Below are positions 24,390 through 38,934 of a stretch of DNA of 64,000 nucleotides, piece after piece. Made by a program: the position numbers and the translations under genes. Each line of letters begins with the position of its first letter. Position 1 is the first letter of the stretch. Source of the DNA: Octopus vulgaris (Eukaryota); NCBI GenBank assembly GCA_951406725.2, contig OX597817.1, positions 134,354,001-134,418,000 of the forward strand. Reading direction: 5' to 3'. Below the pieces are notes generated by a model that saw only the letters and a list, made by a program, of their open reading frames with translations, had not been told where the DNA came from and searched no databases.

Positions 24390-26179
24390 AAAAGATTAAA
24401 TATAAGATTCTTTGAAGGATAAATTCTTCAAATTTGAAGAAGTCTCAATGAATGTAAGCTAAGCGGAATTTAAAACAATAAAGAAATGGTGTTTGTTTTA
24501 AGGTGCCTTCTTACCAGTGAAAGTTCTTTGTGTTACTTTTGATATCTGGAAGTAACAATGTTGCCAAGTTGTCTATAGGATTCTAACCATTCCATTATTC
24601 CTGTCTCATATTTAGGAGAGTCTAGCAAGGAAGATGCACAGAGAAGGTGTAGCCCCCAATGCCCTTGAAAACTTATCGAAACGGGGTCAACAAGGTGTCT
24701 GAATATGGTCCTCGACTCCCTAGAAATACGAGTCAAAATTCTTTTAAATCGCAGATAACGAATTGGAAGGATATATTTACAGACAATGATGCGGTTCCAG
24801 ATAAATTGGTTATGATGGCTTGAAAATATTGTCGAGCGGTCAAGAATATAAAGCTTTGATGGCAATTTTACTTGATTATGAACTACAACAAGAACAACAA
24901 AGCAACAACTCATAAAAATAAAATCACTGAAGGCGACGTGATATTAAAGACAATATCAACAACGGCACCAGCAATAAAAAGAAACATTAGCACTGAATAT
25001 TATTGTCCCGAATCCGAGTACTGCTAGCTCCAGTTACCCTCTTTCCATGATGTCAAAGTGAGTGAGGTCACAACTTCCACTGGAGCGGGCGCTGGTTCAT
25101 CGTAGGGTATTCATTTACACTGAGTGAATTGGAGCGATGTGCAATGAAGGGAATTATATTGCTCAATAATATAAACATTTCCCGGATCGGGAATCGAAGC
25201 CTCGATATGACTGCAATGATATAGCCATTATTTCACGAGCCTTCAAAGAGCAATAGAACATGCCACTAGTTTAGTTTCTAGGTCATTAATGCTCACCGTA
25301 AAATTATATCCGATAGGCATACTACGGATCGACGGAAGCACAAACTCACATCTGTTTAGTGTTGCGTTTCTTCACATTTTCTGCTGTTCACTCCCAACTT
25401 CATATTAAAGATTCCACAGTCATAAAGCAATCACCAAAATAAAGGAAGATAAAAACAAAACAAAACAGCCGAATAAATGTGTAAACGAATAAACAGAAGC
25501 TGAAAAAGTAGAGTTGCTTCACAATAAATGCAATAAATTGGTGCAATTTACTAATTAGCTTGTAACTGCTACAATGCAATTAATCAGAATGAGTGCCTTT
25601 TTGGCAACTCCTCAAACACAAGACGAATCGGATTGACTCCAGCTTAACTTCATGTGAAGAAGAACCAGGTGAAAAACTGAAGAAATGTACTGAAAAATTA
25701 ATGGAACTTTATAGTGTAGAGATGGTAAAACTATACAATGGAACCGCTCTAAAATAGAGGACGAAACAGAAAATTGAACATGGGTCGGGGTAGATGTATA
25801 TATCATTCGCTTATTCTCTTTCTTCCTTACACGATTTCTCCTCTTCCTTTTCTATATGTATGTATCATTTAATATATATATACACATGCAAATATATTCC
25901 TATACATACACAAACACATATGTATGTATGTATACACACATACATATCTATGTATATACAAGTCTCTAGATTGTGCTTAATTTCATCTTTAATGAAATGA
26001 CACTTCGTAAAATAATGTTTAATTAATAAATCACAGGGTTATATTAAGCTGAGGATTTCTTAAAACAATAAGATAGTTCTATACGAGATTACCGATGAGA
26101 AATTCGCATTCAATTAGAAATAAACGGTAAATACATGAATTCTAATTCCTAAACATTCCTGGTAATTCCTAGATTACAG

Positions 26180-28357
26180 AATCATAATCTCAACCCCGCC
26201 ACAAGTGACAAGGGGATGCTTATCTCCTTTATAATAGCTGCTAGATTACAGGGATCCACATGTATATATAGAGATGCGTGGAATCTAAACGAAGGGGCTA
26301 TGTGACGGTGGAGGTTAGATTCCGCACAGAGGAGGAAGCGAAAGATCACTCTTTGAATGCTCCCAGAAGCGAGGAGCTGTTGTTGGTTCCTTTCTTCTGC
26401 GGCCAGAGTCTGGCCAAAATCATCATTCACCAGGTGCCGCCAGAAATAGCCATTCCTTGGCTAATTGCTGCAGTATAACAATAGGCATAGAGGGAAAACT
26501 CGAAAATCCGCTTAACCTGTCAGACCAAAAAGAAGAACTGGTCTGGGATGACGATAGAACTCATCCAAACGACCCAAAGGAATGTTGGTCTCATCCTAGA
26601 CCAAATCCTTCTTCGTGGAGGCAGCATAATTCCAGTCAGGGTAGATGGAACGAAATCAAAGTGCCATATTTACTTTTCGACTAATCATTTAAAACCTTTC
26701 TGCCCTAGTCTGATTGAAAAAGAGAGACAACCACCAGAACTGGAGCGACAGCAGCAGCAGCAACACCATCAGTAGATTCAGCTGTGGCAACACCAACAAC
26801 CGACACCGAATTTTCCCTAAACACTTCTCAATGCTCGATGTTCCACTTCCTGATGCGCGGTGGGTGGACATCACAGGTGGAAAGCTGGACGGCAATGTAG
26901 AGTGGAAATTGAAAACAAAAAACACGGAAAAGAGACACAAAGAAAAAAAAAACATATGAACAAACAACAGTAATTCTCATCCACACAAGAAGTAGAGGGG
27001 GGAAAAAATCAAAACAAGAAAAACAAATACACTCGAAACAAATGCTGCATCGGACCCCGACCTCTAACACCTGAAACACAAGCCATCCCACACACAAAAT
27101 AACATGAACAACTAACATAAATTAAGCACAAAAAAACAATGAATTAATGAAGTTCAAAATAACACACACAAACATTACAGCAGAAGATTTTATCAGACCC
27201 CACCCCCTACCTGCACACATAAAAATCATTCAAATAACAAAAACACATACTTAAAAACCCAATTTCCACGTGGTGGCCATGAGTGAAACCAGAATTTCTA
27301 ACTCACTGGACTTCCAACCCATTTACGCTGACTTTGAGGTATACGCATCTTCAAGTCGTCCAGGAGCGGGAGGCGGAGTTACCGTGACGGTTCGGAAAAA
27401 ATCTGGATCTTGCAATACAGACGATCTTCTTGGATCCGGAAGGCAAGTCGGTGGTCCTGGACGTGACAGGCAGCGAAGGACATACTTTCAGGTTAATTGC
27501 CTTTTATGCCTCGACAAGGGAAGAACGACCAGATGTCTTCAGCTGTCTGGAAATCTTCCTAGGGACGTCCCGTTCTATAGTGTTAGTGAGGGACTGGAAT
27601 GGAGTTTTAGATGTAAGGTTAGACAGTGTAGGTTTATCAGATAGAAGAGGGGTTGCAAAAGCCTCGCAAAACTGCTCAGACGATTCCAAATGTCTGATAG
27701 ATATCGACTGGTATCCCGGACGTGCTAGTGTGGACCTGGTCCAATCGCATCGGGTCATCCAGACCGTATCTAGATAGAGTATTCTGTAGAGTATAAGATA
27801 AGGATAGCATAGGTTGTCCACGGTTTAACGTAGTCGCCTACACTGACCACAAATTCATGATCTGTACAGTCGACTTGGATTGGCTTCATCGACATAGATC
27901 TGGTTACTGGAAGCTGAACACGTCGTCGGCGCGTAAAGTTTTCAGTGACCGGATTGGTGAACTAGTTAAGAGGACATTGACAGGGGCAATAATAAATAAT
28001 AAATGGTGATTCGCCCTAAAAAGGGCAATTAGAATAGAGTCAATAATGTTTAGCAAAGGACTAACAGTAGAGGCAGAGCTAGTCAAGAACTTTGACGAGG
28101 ATTTTAGAAAAGGAATAGCGACCGACGGACTCGCAGCGAGATTGGCACTCAAACAAATCTTCAACGCGAAACACGAAGATTGCATTGTCAGAGCTTAGAC
28201 ACGAGCACTTAGACACGAGCACTTAGACACAAAGGGACGGAAGCCGTTCAATGGGCACGAGTGGAGAAGCACAACGTGGCGATAAATCCACGATCCGATA
28301 CTTGCCAGACCACGACAGGCAATTGATAGCTGATGCGAGACAGATGTGTGCGGCACA
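26180..28357 (+). mobile_element. Tx1/L1-clade LINE, decayed 5' portion (ORF1 plus APE endonuclease)
   Basis: ORF1 remnant with degenerate zinc knuckle (KCHIYFSTNHLKPFCP); APE motifs AMSETR, DPEGK, RDWNGVLD, YLDR, TDHK, then GYWKLN; many frameshifts and stops. Confidence 0.85.
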
Positions 28358-28550
28358 TCGTAGGTCTCCATATTTAACTTTTTCTCTTTCTTTCATGATG
28401 ATATGTCAATCTCCTGGCATTGCTACGTCGATTATTAGGCACTCTTGTTTGTCCCTCCTAAAGGTTGCTATATCCGGCCTTCGGTGCTCAAATACCTTGT
28501 CTGGAAATCAAAGTCCCAGAAGATTTTTGCTTTCCGTTTTTCGTCCATTA
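28355..28550 (-). mobile_element. R4/Dong-type LINE fragment, restriction-like endonuclease domain
   Basis: Minus translation KIFWDF...HRRPDI...CLIIDVAMPGD...KEREK-KYGDL, the RLE PD..D and K..KY motifs. Confidence 0.8.
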
Positions 28551-29837
28551 CCTTTTTAGTTGTATGTTGTCACCAAGTATGTGGCGCCTCCAAATAACCA
28601 ATGCTCCGGGCAGGCTGCACTCGTTAGCCTTGGGTGGCAGGCAGCCCAGGAGAAGGAATACTCGAAGCCCCAAACCAGGGGAGCATGGACCCTGCCGCCT
28701 TGGCGGACTACCTTGATAGAGATTGTGTCTCAATAATAATACCGGATGGTAGTAACCTAAAAACACACCTCATTTGTGAGTGAAAATGCCAAGAAAAATA
28801 AACGACGATAACGGTGTGAATGGGACTAGAATCAATGGTGAAAGTGCCGCATCCGGCCGGTGCCTCACTGTGTAGCAGGGTGGACCCGGACGTAGTCCAA
28901 CAACTGGTAGCCATGCTACAGTACACAATCCTTGCACGCACTGGTCAAATTATGCATTATTATGCATTATTAATATTATTATTAATTATTATTATTATTA
29001 TTATTATGGGCAGAGACTAAACAGAATCTTTAGAGCGCCGACAAAAATATTTTGCACGATTTTTTGCGATTCCTTATAGTTTCAGTTCTAATGTCACCGA
29101 GGGCATCTTTGCTTTTCGTCCTTCGCGTTTCAATAAAACAAAATTCCAGTCAAGTTCTGACGTCAATGCAATTGACATCACCATAGCCTTCTCTCAAAAT
29201 TGCTGGCCTTGTACTTAAATCAGAAACAATTATTATTATCCTTATTATCTTAATTAAAATATCATCGCTATTACAAAATAAAAATCATTAATATCGTCGT
29301 TAGTTAGTAGCAGTAGTAGTAGTTACTGTAACATTGGTGTCTTTTTTGCTTTTTTTTTCTTTATATTTTCTGCTAAACAACTCTATTTTTACATACTTCA
29401 TTAATTCCTCTATTTCTGTAATTATATTACCCTCGCCACCGCCTCCATTGCCTCTTCTTTCTCCTATGTTTCATATTTTTGCTTCTGTTGTTTCTCTACA
29501 CCGTCTTTTCCTCTATAATTATTTTCAATTTTATTAAATTAATTACGAAAACGTCGAAAGTAGTACGTCCATTTAGGACTATTGATTGACAAAGCTGAGC
29601 TCGATCAACAATAAATGGCTTCTTGGCTTTTTTTTTTACAACGATGGCGGCAGCCACATGCAGTTCTTGCCACATGGAAGAGAAAAATTGATTTTTTTGT
29701 TTTGCTGCTACTTTTATGGCACATGTGTTAGAGAGCCGTGATATTTGTGAAATAGTGCAATGGTTAGCATGGTTATATATTCAGTAAGTGGGGCATATTG
29801 GATTTGAATCAGAGAAAGGAACTATGGCAAATAACTG

Positions 29838-30086
29838 CTTGGGTTAGTGTATCCGGCTCACGATCGTCAGGTCCTGAGTTCGATTCCGAGTGACGCGTTG
29901 TATCCTGTCCTTTATTTCATGTTTCTCCACTCCACTCAGCTAACAAAAATGAGTAGTACCTGTATTTCAAAGGGCCAGGCTTGTCGTATTCTGTCTTACA
30001 CTGAATCTCCCTGAGAACTACGGTAAGGGTGCATGTGTCTATGGAGTGCTCAGCCACATGCAAGTTAACTCCACAAGTAGACTGTT
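29838..30086 (+). mobile_element. tRNA-derived SINE family D
   Basis: GAGTTCGATTCC B-box; body GAGAACTACG...TGGAGTGCTCAGCCAC shared with 50287-50573. Confidence 0.75.
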
Positions 30087-31832
30087 TATTTAAGAACGGC
30101 CAGATTTAGTTAATGCTGGTCACCCATCAGGACATTTCTCTACACGACTGAGCAAATTTATTTGAGGAAATCCTATTGATGGCAATACATGCAAGTCACC
30201 TCACTACACATCGACGATATTTATCCAAGCAAAAGACAAATGACTGAGGAAAACATAGCGAGATCGCTGGCGTTTATGTCGAACAAACGCCGTAAGACAT
30301 AGCTTTCGACTTTCAAACAGGCTGGTTAACTACCCTCTCAAGTTTAGTGCATTTTCATCAACCCCAGAAAAGGATAATGCGTAGAAAAAACATCGATGGG
30401 ATTTGAACTCAAAGTCCCGACAGAAGAGATACTGCGTGGTATTCCATCTAATATGCTAATTGGCCGACATTGTGTCGATAATGTTGAGAGTACAGACAGA
30501 ATATAAAGAGATCCTTCCGATGGCGGGAAGGGAGTAGCTAGCCTCGAAACAGAGACACATAAAAAGCTTACTGGTAACTGCAGTAGCGGCGGTGGCGGCC
30601 GCGATTGTTACTTCTAACCAAAAATTGAGGACAGAAATATAGCGAAAGGAATACAGCAAGGCATTTCCCCGATACACAAGCAATTCCATCCACCCAGTCC
30701 TGCCCTCCACTTGTGGGTTGGAAGACAAACGTTTGACTCCGGCCCCATCCCCCAGCCAGATATAAATAGAGGGTTTATAGGGACGACTTCTGCAATTCTC
30801 ACATCAGCAAAACCAAAACAGTGGTAATACTGTGTAATTAATGATTTCTTTGCGATGCTTGAATGCTGGCCTCTGGTCCTCTTATTAGCTTTGACCAGTG
30901 GTTCACAGGTATTTTTACCCCTTTGATTCCTATTTTGATCTGCTGTACTCGCACAGCTATTCGAAGCCTTGGATTATTTTTTAGATTATGAAGAATTATA
31001 CCAAAAAATTTAAAATATTTTGTGTATTCTAGGAGTGTAAGCAATTTATTGAACATAAATTTTAACCATATCACCAAGAGGCAAATCCTCTCACAAGAAT
31101 TTGGTTGGTCTGGAATTATTGTAAAAGACATATACCAAAGATGCTACACAGTGGAACAGAACCCGGAACCATTTGGTTGTTAAGCAAATTTACCACACAG
31201 CCACACCTGCGCCTTGTCGATGAATATTAGATGTGTATGCTAGCTGCTGTATGAAGAACTTGTAGACAAAGTCACTTCGATCAGAGAAACGCCTGTTCAG
31301 TTTCAAGAAAACCTGTGATAAGGAGAAGGTGGCCGAAATTTTTTAACTGCTCTTCCGCCTTTTTGTGGTTTTGTGTTCAAATCTCGGTTATTGCTTGTTA
31401 TTGATCTGGATTGGGTAAAGCAACATTCATAAAGATAAGATCGATTTAATCACATCGATTACTTTCAGTTAAAAACTGAACAAAACATGTCTGTGAAACC
31501 CAATTTTTGTGAGAAATTCTTAAACTATTTCCTGTTTTGAGGCGAAACTGCTTTGACGACCGCCCTTCTAATTCCAGGAAAAAGACAAAATAACTCTCGA
31601 AGAATTATTGAAGGGAATTCGATTCAACCGATATCGATTGCCATCTTGAAGCCTTACACAATAGTTTTTCTTGGGTTTTCTGTTGACGACCTAACAGTAG
31701 AACACAACGAAACTCAAAAGGATCTTCAAAAACCGGGTTACAGCGTGAGAAACACATGACTAAGATTCTAATAATTTTGATTGCAATTGAAAAGTAAAGC
31801 GTTCCTCCAGGAAACTTCTTACCACATATAAT

Positions 31833-32226
31833 TTTTTCTGCTTTAGGTACAAGGCCCGAAATTTTGAGGGAGGGCCAGTCGATTAGATCGACTCCAGTAC
31901 GTAACTGATACTTAATTTATCGACCCCGAAAGGATGACAGGCAAAGTCGACCACGGCGGAATTTGAACTCAGAACGTAACGGCAGACGAAATATCTATTT
32001 CTTTACTACCCACAAGGTGCTAAACACAGAGAGGACAAACAAGGACAGACAAACGGATTAAGTCGATTACATCGACCCCAGTGCGTAACTGGTATTTATT
32101 TAATCGAACCCGAAAGGATGAACGGCAAAGTCGACCTCGGCGGAATTTGAACTCAGAACGTAGCGACACACGAAATATCGCGAATCATATTCGCCCGGCG
32201 TGCTAAGGTTTCTGCCAACTCGCCGT
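31833..32226 (-). mobile_element. SINE family B, dimeric form
   Basis: Two tandem copies of the core ~177 bp apart. Confidence 0.85.
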
Positions 32227-32339
32227 CCTTACCACATACAATGGACAAACACAATACACGACTTAACCTCACTATATCTGAACGTTATGATAAAACGACC
32301 ATCACAAAACCAAAACAGAATACAGAAACACATACGCGC

Positions 32340-32387
<48 letters not shown>

Positions 32388-32392
32388 CTCTT

Positions 32393-32530
32393 TCTCTTTT
32401 ACTTGTTTCAGTCATTTGACTGCGGCCATGCTGGAGCACCGCCTTTAGTCGAGCAAATCGACCCCAGGACTTATTCTTTGTAAGCCCAGTACTTATTCTA
32501 TCGGTCTCTTTTGCCGAACCGCTAAGTAAC
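32393..32530 (-). mobile_element. SINE family A 3' end
   Basis: Near-identical to 3068-3200. Confidence 0.9.
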
Positions 32531-32532
32531 GG

Positions 32533-32567
<35 letters not shown>

Positions 32568-32626
32568 TAATCCAAACAAGAAAGCACAAAAAAACACAAC
32601 AACGCGAGGACGTGGAACAATTATAG

Positions 32627-32671
<45 letters not shown>

Positions 32672-33193
32672 GATGCATGCACATACATACATGAGCATAC
32701 ACACCAACATGTATACATATAAATACATACTTACATATATACATATATGCAAGTGTTCATACTTATACATTCATAGACATACACATAAAAGCGAACGAGA
32801 GAAAGAGAGTAAGATTAAGCTTTTATACAGTGGGAAATATGCCAGCATATTGAAATAGCTACAAAACAGAAATGACACCAATGTACACAGAAATGATTTC
32901 AGAGAATGACAAAATTGACATATTCTTTGTATTATGGGAATCTACCGATTGATGCAGGCATCGAGAACATGTCAAATCGGTAAACTATTATTGTAAAAAA
33001 AAAAAATATCTTTTAATTTATGTAACTACAAATCTCGAAAAGAAATAGAAGAATGCATTCGCGGAATCGAAAATATATCTATCATGATAGGATTGAAGAC
33101 AGAAAAAAAAATAGCATAATAATTGACATTTTAGGAATGATTAAAAGATGTAGACTAATACGTAACCATTACTCCAGTACTTATTTATTTATA

Positions 33194-33237
<44 letters not shown>

Positions 33238-34032
33238 CATATGAACAATAGCGATGATGTGCACAGCATACAAATTACGTCGTTTATTCCAATCGCTAAT
33301 GCCATGATTTTCAATACTACACCGTATTCTTACTATAATAGCGAATGATGAACAGTAGGTAGAAAAGAACAGAGGTAGATTCATTAGTGCAGTCAGGAAA
33401 GTTGAAGTATTCATATATCTTTTCTTGTAATATAAGGAAACAGTATGGAAATATGTCGAAGTTAATTATGCTGGAGAAAATGTTATAGATAAAGAGAAAA
33501 TGTCAGAAACGGTACAAGAAAGCAGCGATAGAATGAATGCAGAATGTCTAACCATACCTCAAAAAAAATCTAGAGAGAGAAAACTCACCATGATAATTAT
33601 CCATCGAGATTGAACACCGAGGATGAGAACAAAGTGAGTAAGAATAAGAACAGAAATACTCCCAGCTAAAAGATGTTTCAGTCTGAAGATGGTTCTGACT
33701 AAAAAAGAACCTGTGGTAATTTATAAGTTAATCTATGTAAGAAACATACAAACATGTCGAATTTCCTTTTTTGTCCGGAAACTCATAAAAAATAACGAAC
33801 AGCTTTAATCGAATTTTGATCATTATTGGAGTCTTATCAGCGCTGTGTACGTCACTTGATTAACACAAGCGAAACAAGGGGCCAATCTGTTTATATGCAC
33901 AACAACTTTGGTTTCAAAGAACTGGAACTATTAATTCATATTTAACAATTTTTTTTAGAGACCTTATTTGGATTTCATCAAAGTTATCTGGATCACTTGG
34001 CCAATCCTATTCCTAAACGTTCCTCCTCTGTT

Positions 34033-34101
<69 letters not shown>

Positions 34102-35385
34102 TTGGGTTGTCCGGAAAGTTCGTGCCGATTTTTAAAGGAAAGAAAAAGGTCAATAAATACTTGCCATAACATTTTTAATCAGCCCAAAACATCAACGCAT
34201 TGTGCTACCATTTTGTTGCACAATGTGTCTCCATATTTCCTTTGACTTGAAAATATCCTCTTCTCAGAATTGAGGTGGTTTCATGGCAAAGAATTCATCA
34301 AGGTAGCTTTTTATGTCAGCCAAGGAATTGAAATGTTTACCATTAAGACTATTTTGCAGATACCTGAATAAGTGGAAATCCGAAGGAGCAATATCTGGTG
34401 AATATAGAGGGTGGGATAACACATCCCAGCCGAGCTGCAGCAATTTTTGTCTGGTTCCCACAGAAATGTGCGGTCTTGCATTATCATGTTGGAAAACAAC
34501 ACCCTTCCTGTTGGCCAATGCTGGACGTTTCTCTTGAATTGCTGCTTTTAAATCGTCCAGTTGTATGCAATATTTCTTAGAATTAATTGTCTGGTTACTT
34601 GGGAGAAGCTCATAGTACATAATTCCTTTTCCAATCCCACCAGACACAAAGCAAAACTTTTTTTAGGGTGAAAACCCGCTCTGGGGGTATCTAAGTGCGG
34701 CTCATATCGCTTACTCCAGGGTCGCTTTCTCTGAACATTTCGGTAGATATTTCATTTCTCCTCACCTTTAAAAAAGGCGCGTTTTCCTTCCGTTTATAAA
34801 GCGAATCACAGATGGAAATGCGATCCAAAAGGTTCTTCTCACTCAACTCGTATGGTACCCAAACATCATAGCGATTTGTGTTCCCATGCTTTACCAGGTG
34901 CTCATGAACAACGGAATTTGATAGGTTGAGGCTTTCTGCTAATTCTCGGGTTGTGCAATGTGGGCTATTCTCAATTAATGACTTGATTTGGTCATCATCC
35001 GTAGTGGATGGTCTGCCTGATCAGTCTTTATCAATAAGGCTACAATCTCCAGCACGGAACCTTGCGAACCACTTCCGTACAATTCTTTCGGATAAAGAAA
35101 CATCACCGTAAATTGCGCATATTTCTTTGGTTGCTTGTGAGGCATTTTTCCCCCTTATGGAAAAAGAAAAGCATCAAGTACCGAAAATGAACTTTCTTAT
35201 TTCCCATTTTAACGGGTTACAGTATTAGCACAGGTTATAGGAACATAAACCTTCTTCCACGAAAAGATAGCTTAAACTGTGCTCTAAATGGAGGTGTAGT
35301 CAAATCCTATTTTATGGACTCAACCAGGTTCTAAAATAAGTCGAAAGGTAAGCTATTATAAAGCGGCACGAACATTCCGGACAAC

Positions 35386-35389
<4 letters not shown>
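34102..35389 (-). mobile_element. Mariner DNA transposon, full length (1288 bp), inactive
   Basis: TIRs TTGGGTTGTCCGGAAWGTTCGTGCCG, TA target duplication on both sides, transposase inside. Confidence 0.95.
34175..35207 (-). pseudogene. Mariner DD34D transposase pseudogene
   Basis: WVPYEL, HDNARPH and YSPDIAPSDFHLF motifs; stops, frameshifts and deletions. Confidence 0.92.
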
Positions 35390-35428
<39 letters not shown>

Positions 35429-35852
35429 TGGGCGACATTAGCAAATATGTTCACGTTGTACGACGGTAGGGTGTGATTTGAATGTCGAGCGACCAAATTA
35501 GGGAACCTCGCATTTTATTGATGCCATGTGATCTTATGTTTCTTCAGCTAAGTCTAATATAAACTGAAGATTTTGCATTGAAAACAACAGATCATTTAAA
35601 GTTAAACTGTCACGTGGTCATAGAGGCTAAATATATCTACAGACTTCAACAGTGGGACTTGGGTGGAACATACTAAAAGCGCAGCCCCATCCCACCAACA
35701 AACCTGAGAATAAAAATATAAATATTTCTAAATGCCTCGATAGTAAAGCTGCAATAGTCTATCTTGACAGACAGCGAAAACGTGGGCTTTGCGATTCGAA
35801 TCGAAAGTTTCTCGAAAAGAAACTGAAAATCACGAAAATATAAACAGCCTAA

Positions 35853-36213
35853 GCGCAGGCGTGGCTGTGTGGTAAGAAGCTTACCTCTCAACCACACGGT
35901 TCTGGCTCCAGTCCCATTACATCGCACCTTGGGCAAGTGTCTTCCACTACATCCTCTGGCCGACCAAAGTCTTGTGAGTTGATTTGGTAGACGGAAACTG
36001 AAAGAAGCTCGTGGTTTGTGTGGGTGTTTGCCCCCATTCACCGCTACACAACCGCCGTTGGCGTGTTCACATTACCTGAACTAAGCGGCTCAGAAAAAGA
36101 GAAAGGAGAAATAAGTACCAAACTAAAAAAGATAAGTAGATTAGATCGAATCATTCGACTAAAAATGTTTCAAGGCGGTGCTCCAGCATGGTCGTAGTCT
36201 AAAGATTGAAACG
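35853..36213 (+). mobile_element. SINE family A
   Basis: Head GCGCAGGCGTGGCTGTGTGGTAAG through tail AAGGCGGTGCTCCAGCATGG. Confidence 0.85.
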
Positions 36214-36680
36214 AGGACAAAGCAAAAAGGTCGATAATATATAGAGCGAGTGTAACATAAATTCAAATTAACAAACACAGAATCACTAACACAGGGCTCC
36301 TAACTTTACATGTAACCTAATGAGTTACTCCCCTCGGCACAGTACAAATTCTATAAAACACTGCCCTAATTCAATAGCAATTCTATAAAAGAACGAATAC
36401 AATAATATCCTATAGATGGCGCTCAATGCAATAATGCAATAATACAAAACATATGTACCACACTACTCTACATCATTACAATAATAACATTTGCAGAATA
36501 CACATCGAGTTCTACTTTGCATAAACACAATAATCTCGTTTAACAACCAACAAAAAGAGAACAACACTTTAATCAATAACCATTTTTATTTTTTTGGAGC
36601 AAATTCGTTACAACTATGAACACACACACACACTCTGAAGGAAAAGGGAAGATTGGGAATTTTGGCTATATATACATATA

Positions 36681-37273
36681 TTCTTTTACTTGTTTCAGTC
36701 ATTTGACTGCGGCCATGCTGGAGTACTGCCTTTGTAGAACGCCAAGACTTATTCTTGTAAGCCTAGCACTTATTCTATCGGGTTCTTTTGTCGAACCGCT
36801 AAGTTACGGGGACATAAACACACGAACATCCGTTGCTAAGCGACGGTGCAGGAACAAGCACAGACATACAAACATATATATACATACATATATATATACA
36901 TAAACATATACATACATATATATACACATAAACATATACATATATATATACACATAAACATATACATACATATATATACATACACATATATATACATACA
37001 TATATATACACATATATATACATACATATATATACACATATATATACATACATATATACATACACATATATACATACATATATACATACATATATATACA
37101 TAAACATATACATACATATATATACATACACATATACATACATATATATACATACACATATATATATACACACATATATATATACACGTACATACACATA
37201 TATACATATACATACATATACACATACATACATATACACATACATACATACATATACACATACATACATATAC

Positions 37274-37312
<39 letters not shown>

Positions 37313-37412
37313 TACATATATATATTCATACATATATATATACATTCATACATATATATATACATTCATACATATATATATACATTCATACATATATATA
37401 TACATTCATACA

Positions 37413-37444
<32 letters not shown>

Positions 37445-37518
37445 CCTATATATTATATATATACGACGGGCTTCCTTCAGTTTCCGTCTATCATATCCAC
37501 TCACAAAGGTTTGGTCGG
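36681..37518 (-). mobile_element. SINE family A with ~600-bp expanded internal microsatellite
   Basis: 3' part 36681-36870 and 5' part 37463-37518 flank a TA/CA tract. Confidence 0.85.
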
Positions 37519-38793
37519 AAGAAATGCCTCAGAGCATTTGGTCCGACGCACACTCGATCATGCCAACTCCTAGACTTCCATATTTCTTCTTCGAGACATG
37601 GTATTGCGATAAGTTAGTTTCTAATATAAATAACCATCTGAAACCTTGTCCCACCAACAACCCAAATGTGCTGTGTTAGTGTTTGTTAATATTTTCCAAG
37701 CAGGAGTTTTCACTGCTGGGATTTCAGAAATTCTTCAAACCAGAATGTCCATGTTTCGTATTGATGAATTGTTAACAAAATTTTAGAATAAAATAAAATA
37801 AAACAAAACAAAATTTAACCCCGTCTCGTTCAGGTCCTGCGTTATTTTATTTTTTTGTTGTTTTGCTAGAAAGTTTTATAACTGAAGTTTGTTCCTTGAA
37901 TCTACTGGCGTGCCATCTCGTGGAAGACTACTGCTTTTGTGTAATCGCATGTCTTTTAAATGCGATGAAAATACAAACATAGACACAGACTTCTACAAAA
38001 TCACAGCTGTTTCCGTTATTTAGTCCAGATTGTCTGTCGTTGAGCAGAATACGTTTGAAGCGTACAATACATGATCCTTGCATCTTTAGTGAAGGAATAA
38101 CGCTATCTATAGGACTACCATCATGCCAGATAAACATGTCACCTGTATTAATCTAAACCAAAGGTTCTCAACACATTTTGGCCGTTGGAGTCATAAATGC
38201 CCACCCCCTCGAAAATACTTTTATTTTTCAATATACTACCTCTTTCGATATCAGCAGATAATGATTAAAAAATAAAGGACGTTGTTTTACATATGCCCTT
38301 GTACGCTGTCGAGAGAACAGATGCACTATTGAAATGCAGTAAAAAAAAATGAAATAAAAAATTGAAAGTTTGGTAATTGCACTCATGACATCAACATGTC
38401 TATCGAAAGAGTGCTCTTTACGTGATGCGTTCAAATACTGTTAATGTCGACTTTGTCTTCCATCATTACGAGATTGATCAAATAGGTGCCAGTTGGACAC
38501 TAGTGTCGATATAATTGACTTGTCCACCCCTCCCCCACCTTTCCTGAAATCACTGCCATTGTGTCTCAATTTGAAATCAATATGGAGTTAAATAAACTGT
38601 CTAGATTATGCAAGGTAATAGAAGGTAATCGAGGGTAACTATGGTGACAGATAATGACTAAACATATCAAAGAAACTTTCATCGGTACATATATGCTCTT
38701 GTTGTTATGAGATTGGGTTCATATATTCGTAGGTTCGATCCTGGAACTAAGTAACGGATTATATCCAGAATTGATGCATTTCTCTTTCTTTCC

Positions 38794-38832
<39 letters not shown>

Positions 38833-38890
38833 TAACAACAACATCGAAAAATACTTAAGGAATGGGAACCCAGGTTCGAAATTTCCCCAA

Positions 38891-38934
38891 GACACCTGGA
38901 TGAAGGCTGGACGGTATATCAGCCGAAATGTGTT
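38891..38934 (+). ncRNA. Decayed hammerhead-like motif
   Basis: GACAC-CTGGATGA-A-GGCTG...CAGCC-GAAA-T-GTGTT: stems I and II intact, one-base insertion in the core, stem III deleted; cassette follows (TAA)n. Confidence 0.5.

Noticed and set aside
30240-30300. CTGAGGA...GAAC hammerhead-like motif
   Set aside because: The GAAA box is disrupted and stem I is unsupported.
33675-33765. CTGAAGA...GAAACATACAAACATGTC hammerhead-like motif
   Set aside because: Stem III is plausible, but stems I and II do not pair next to the core.
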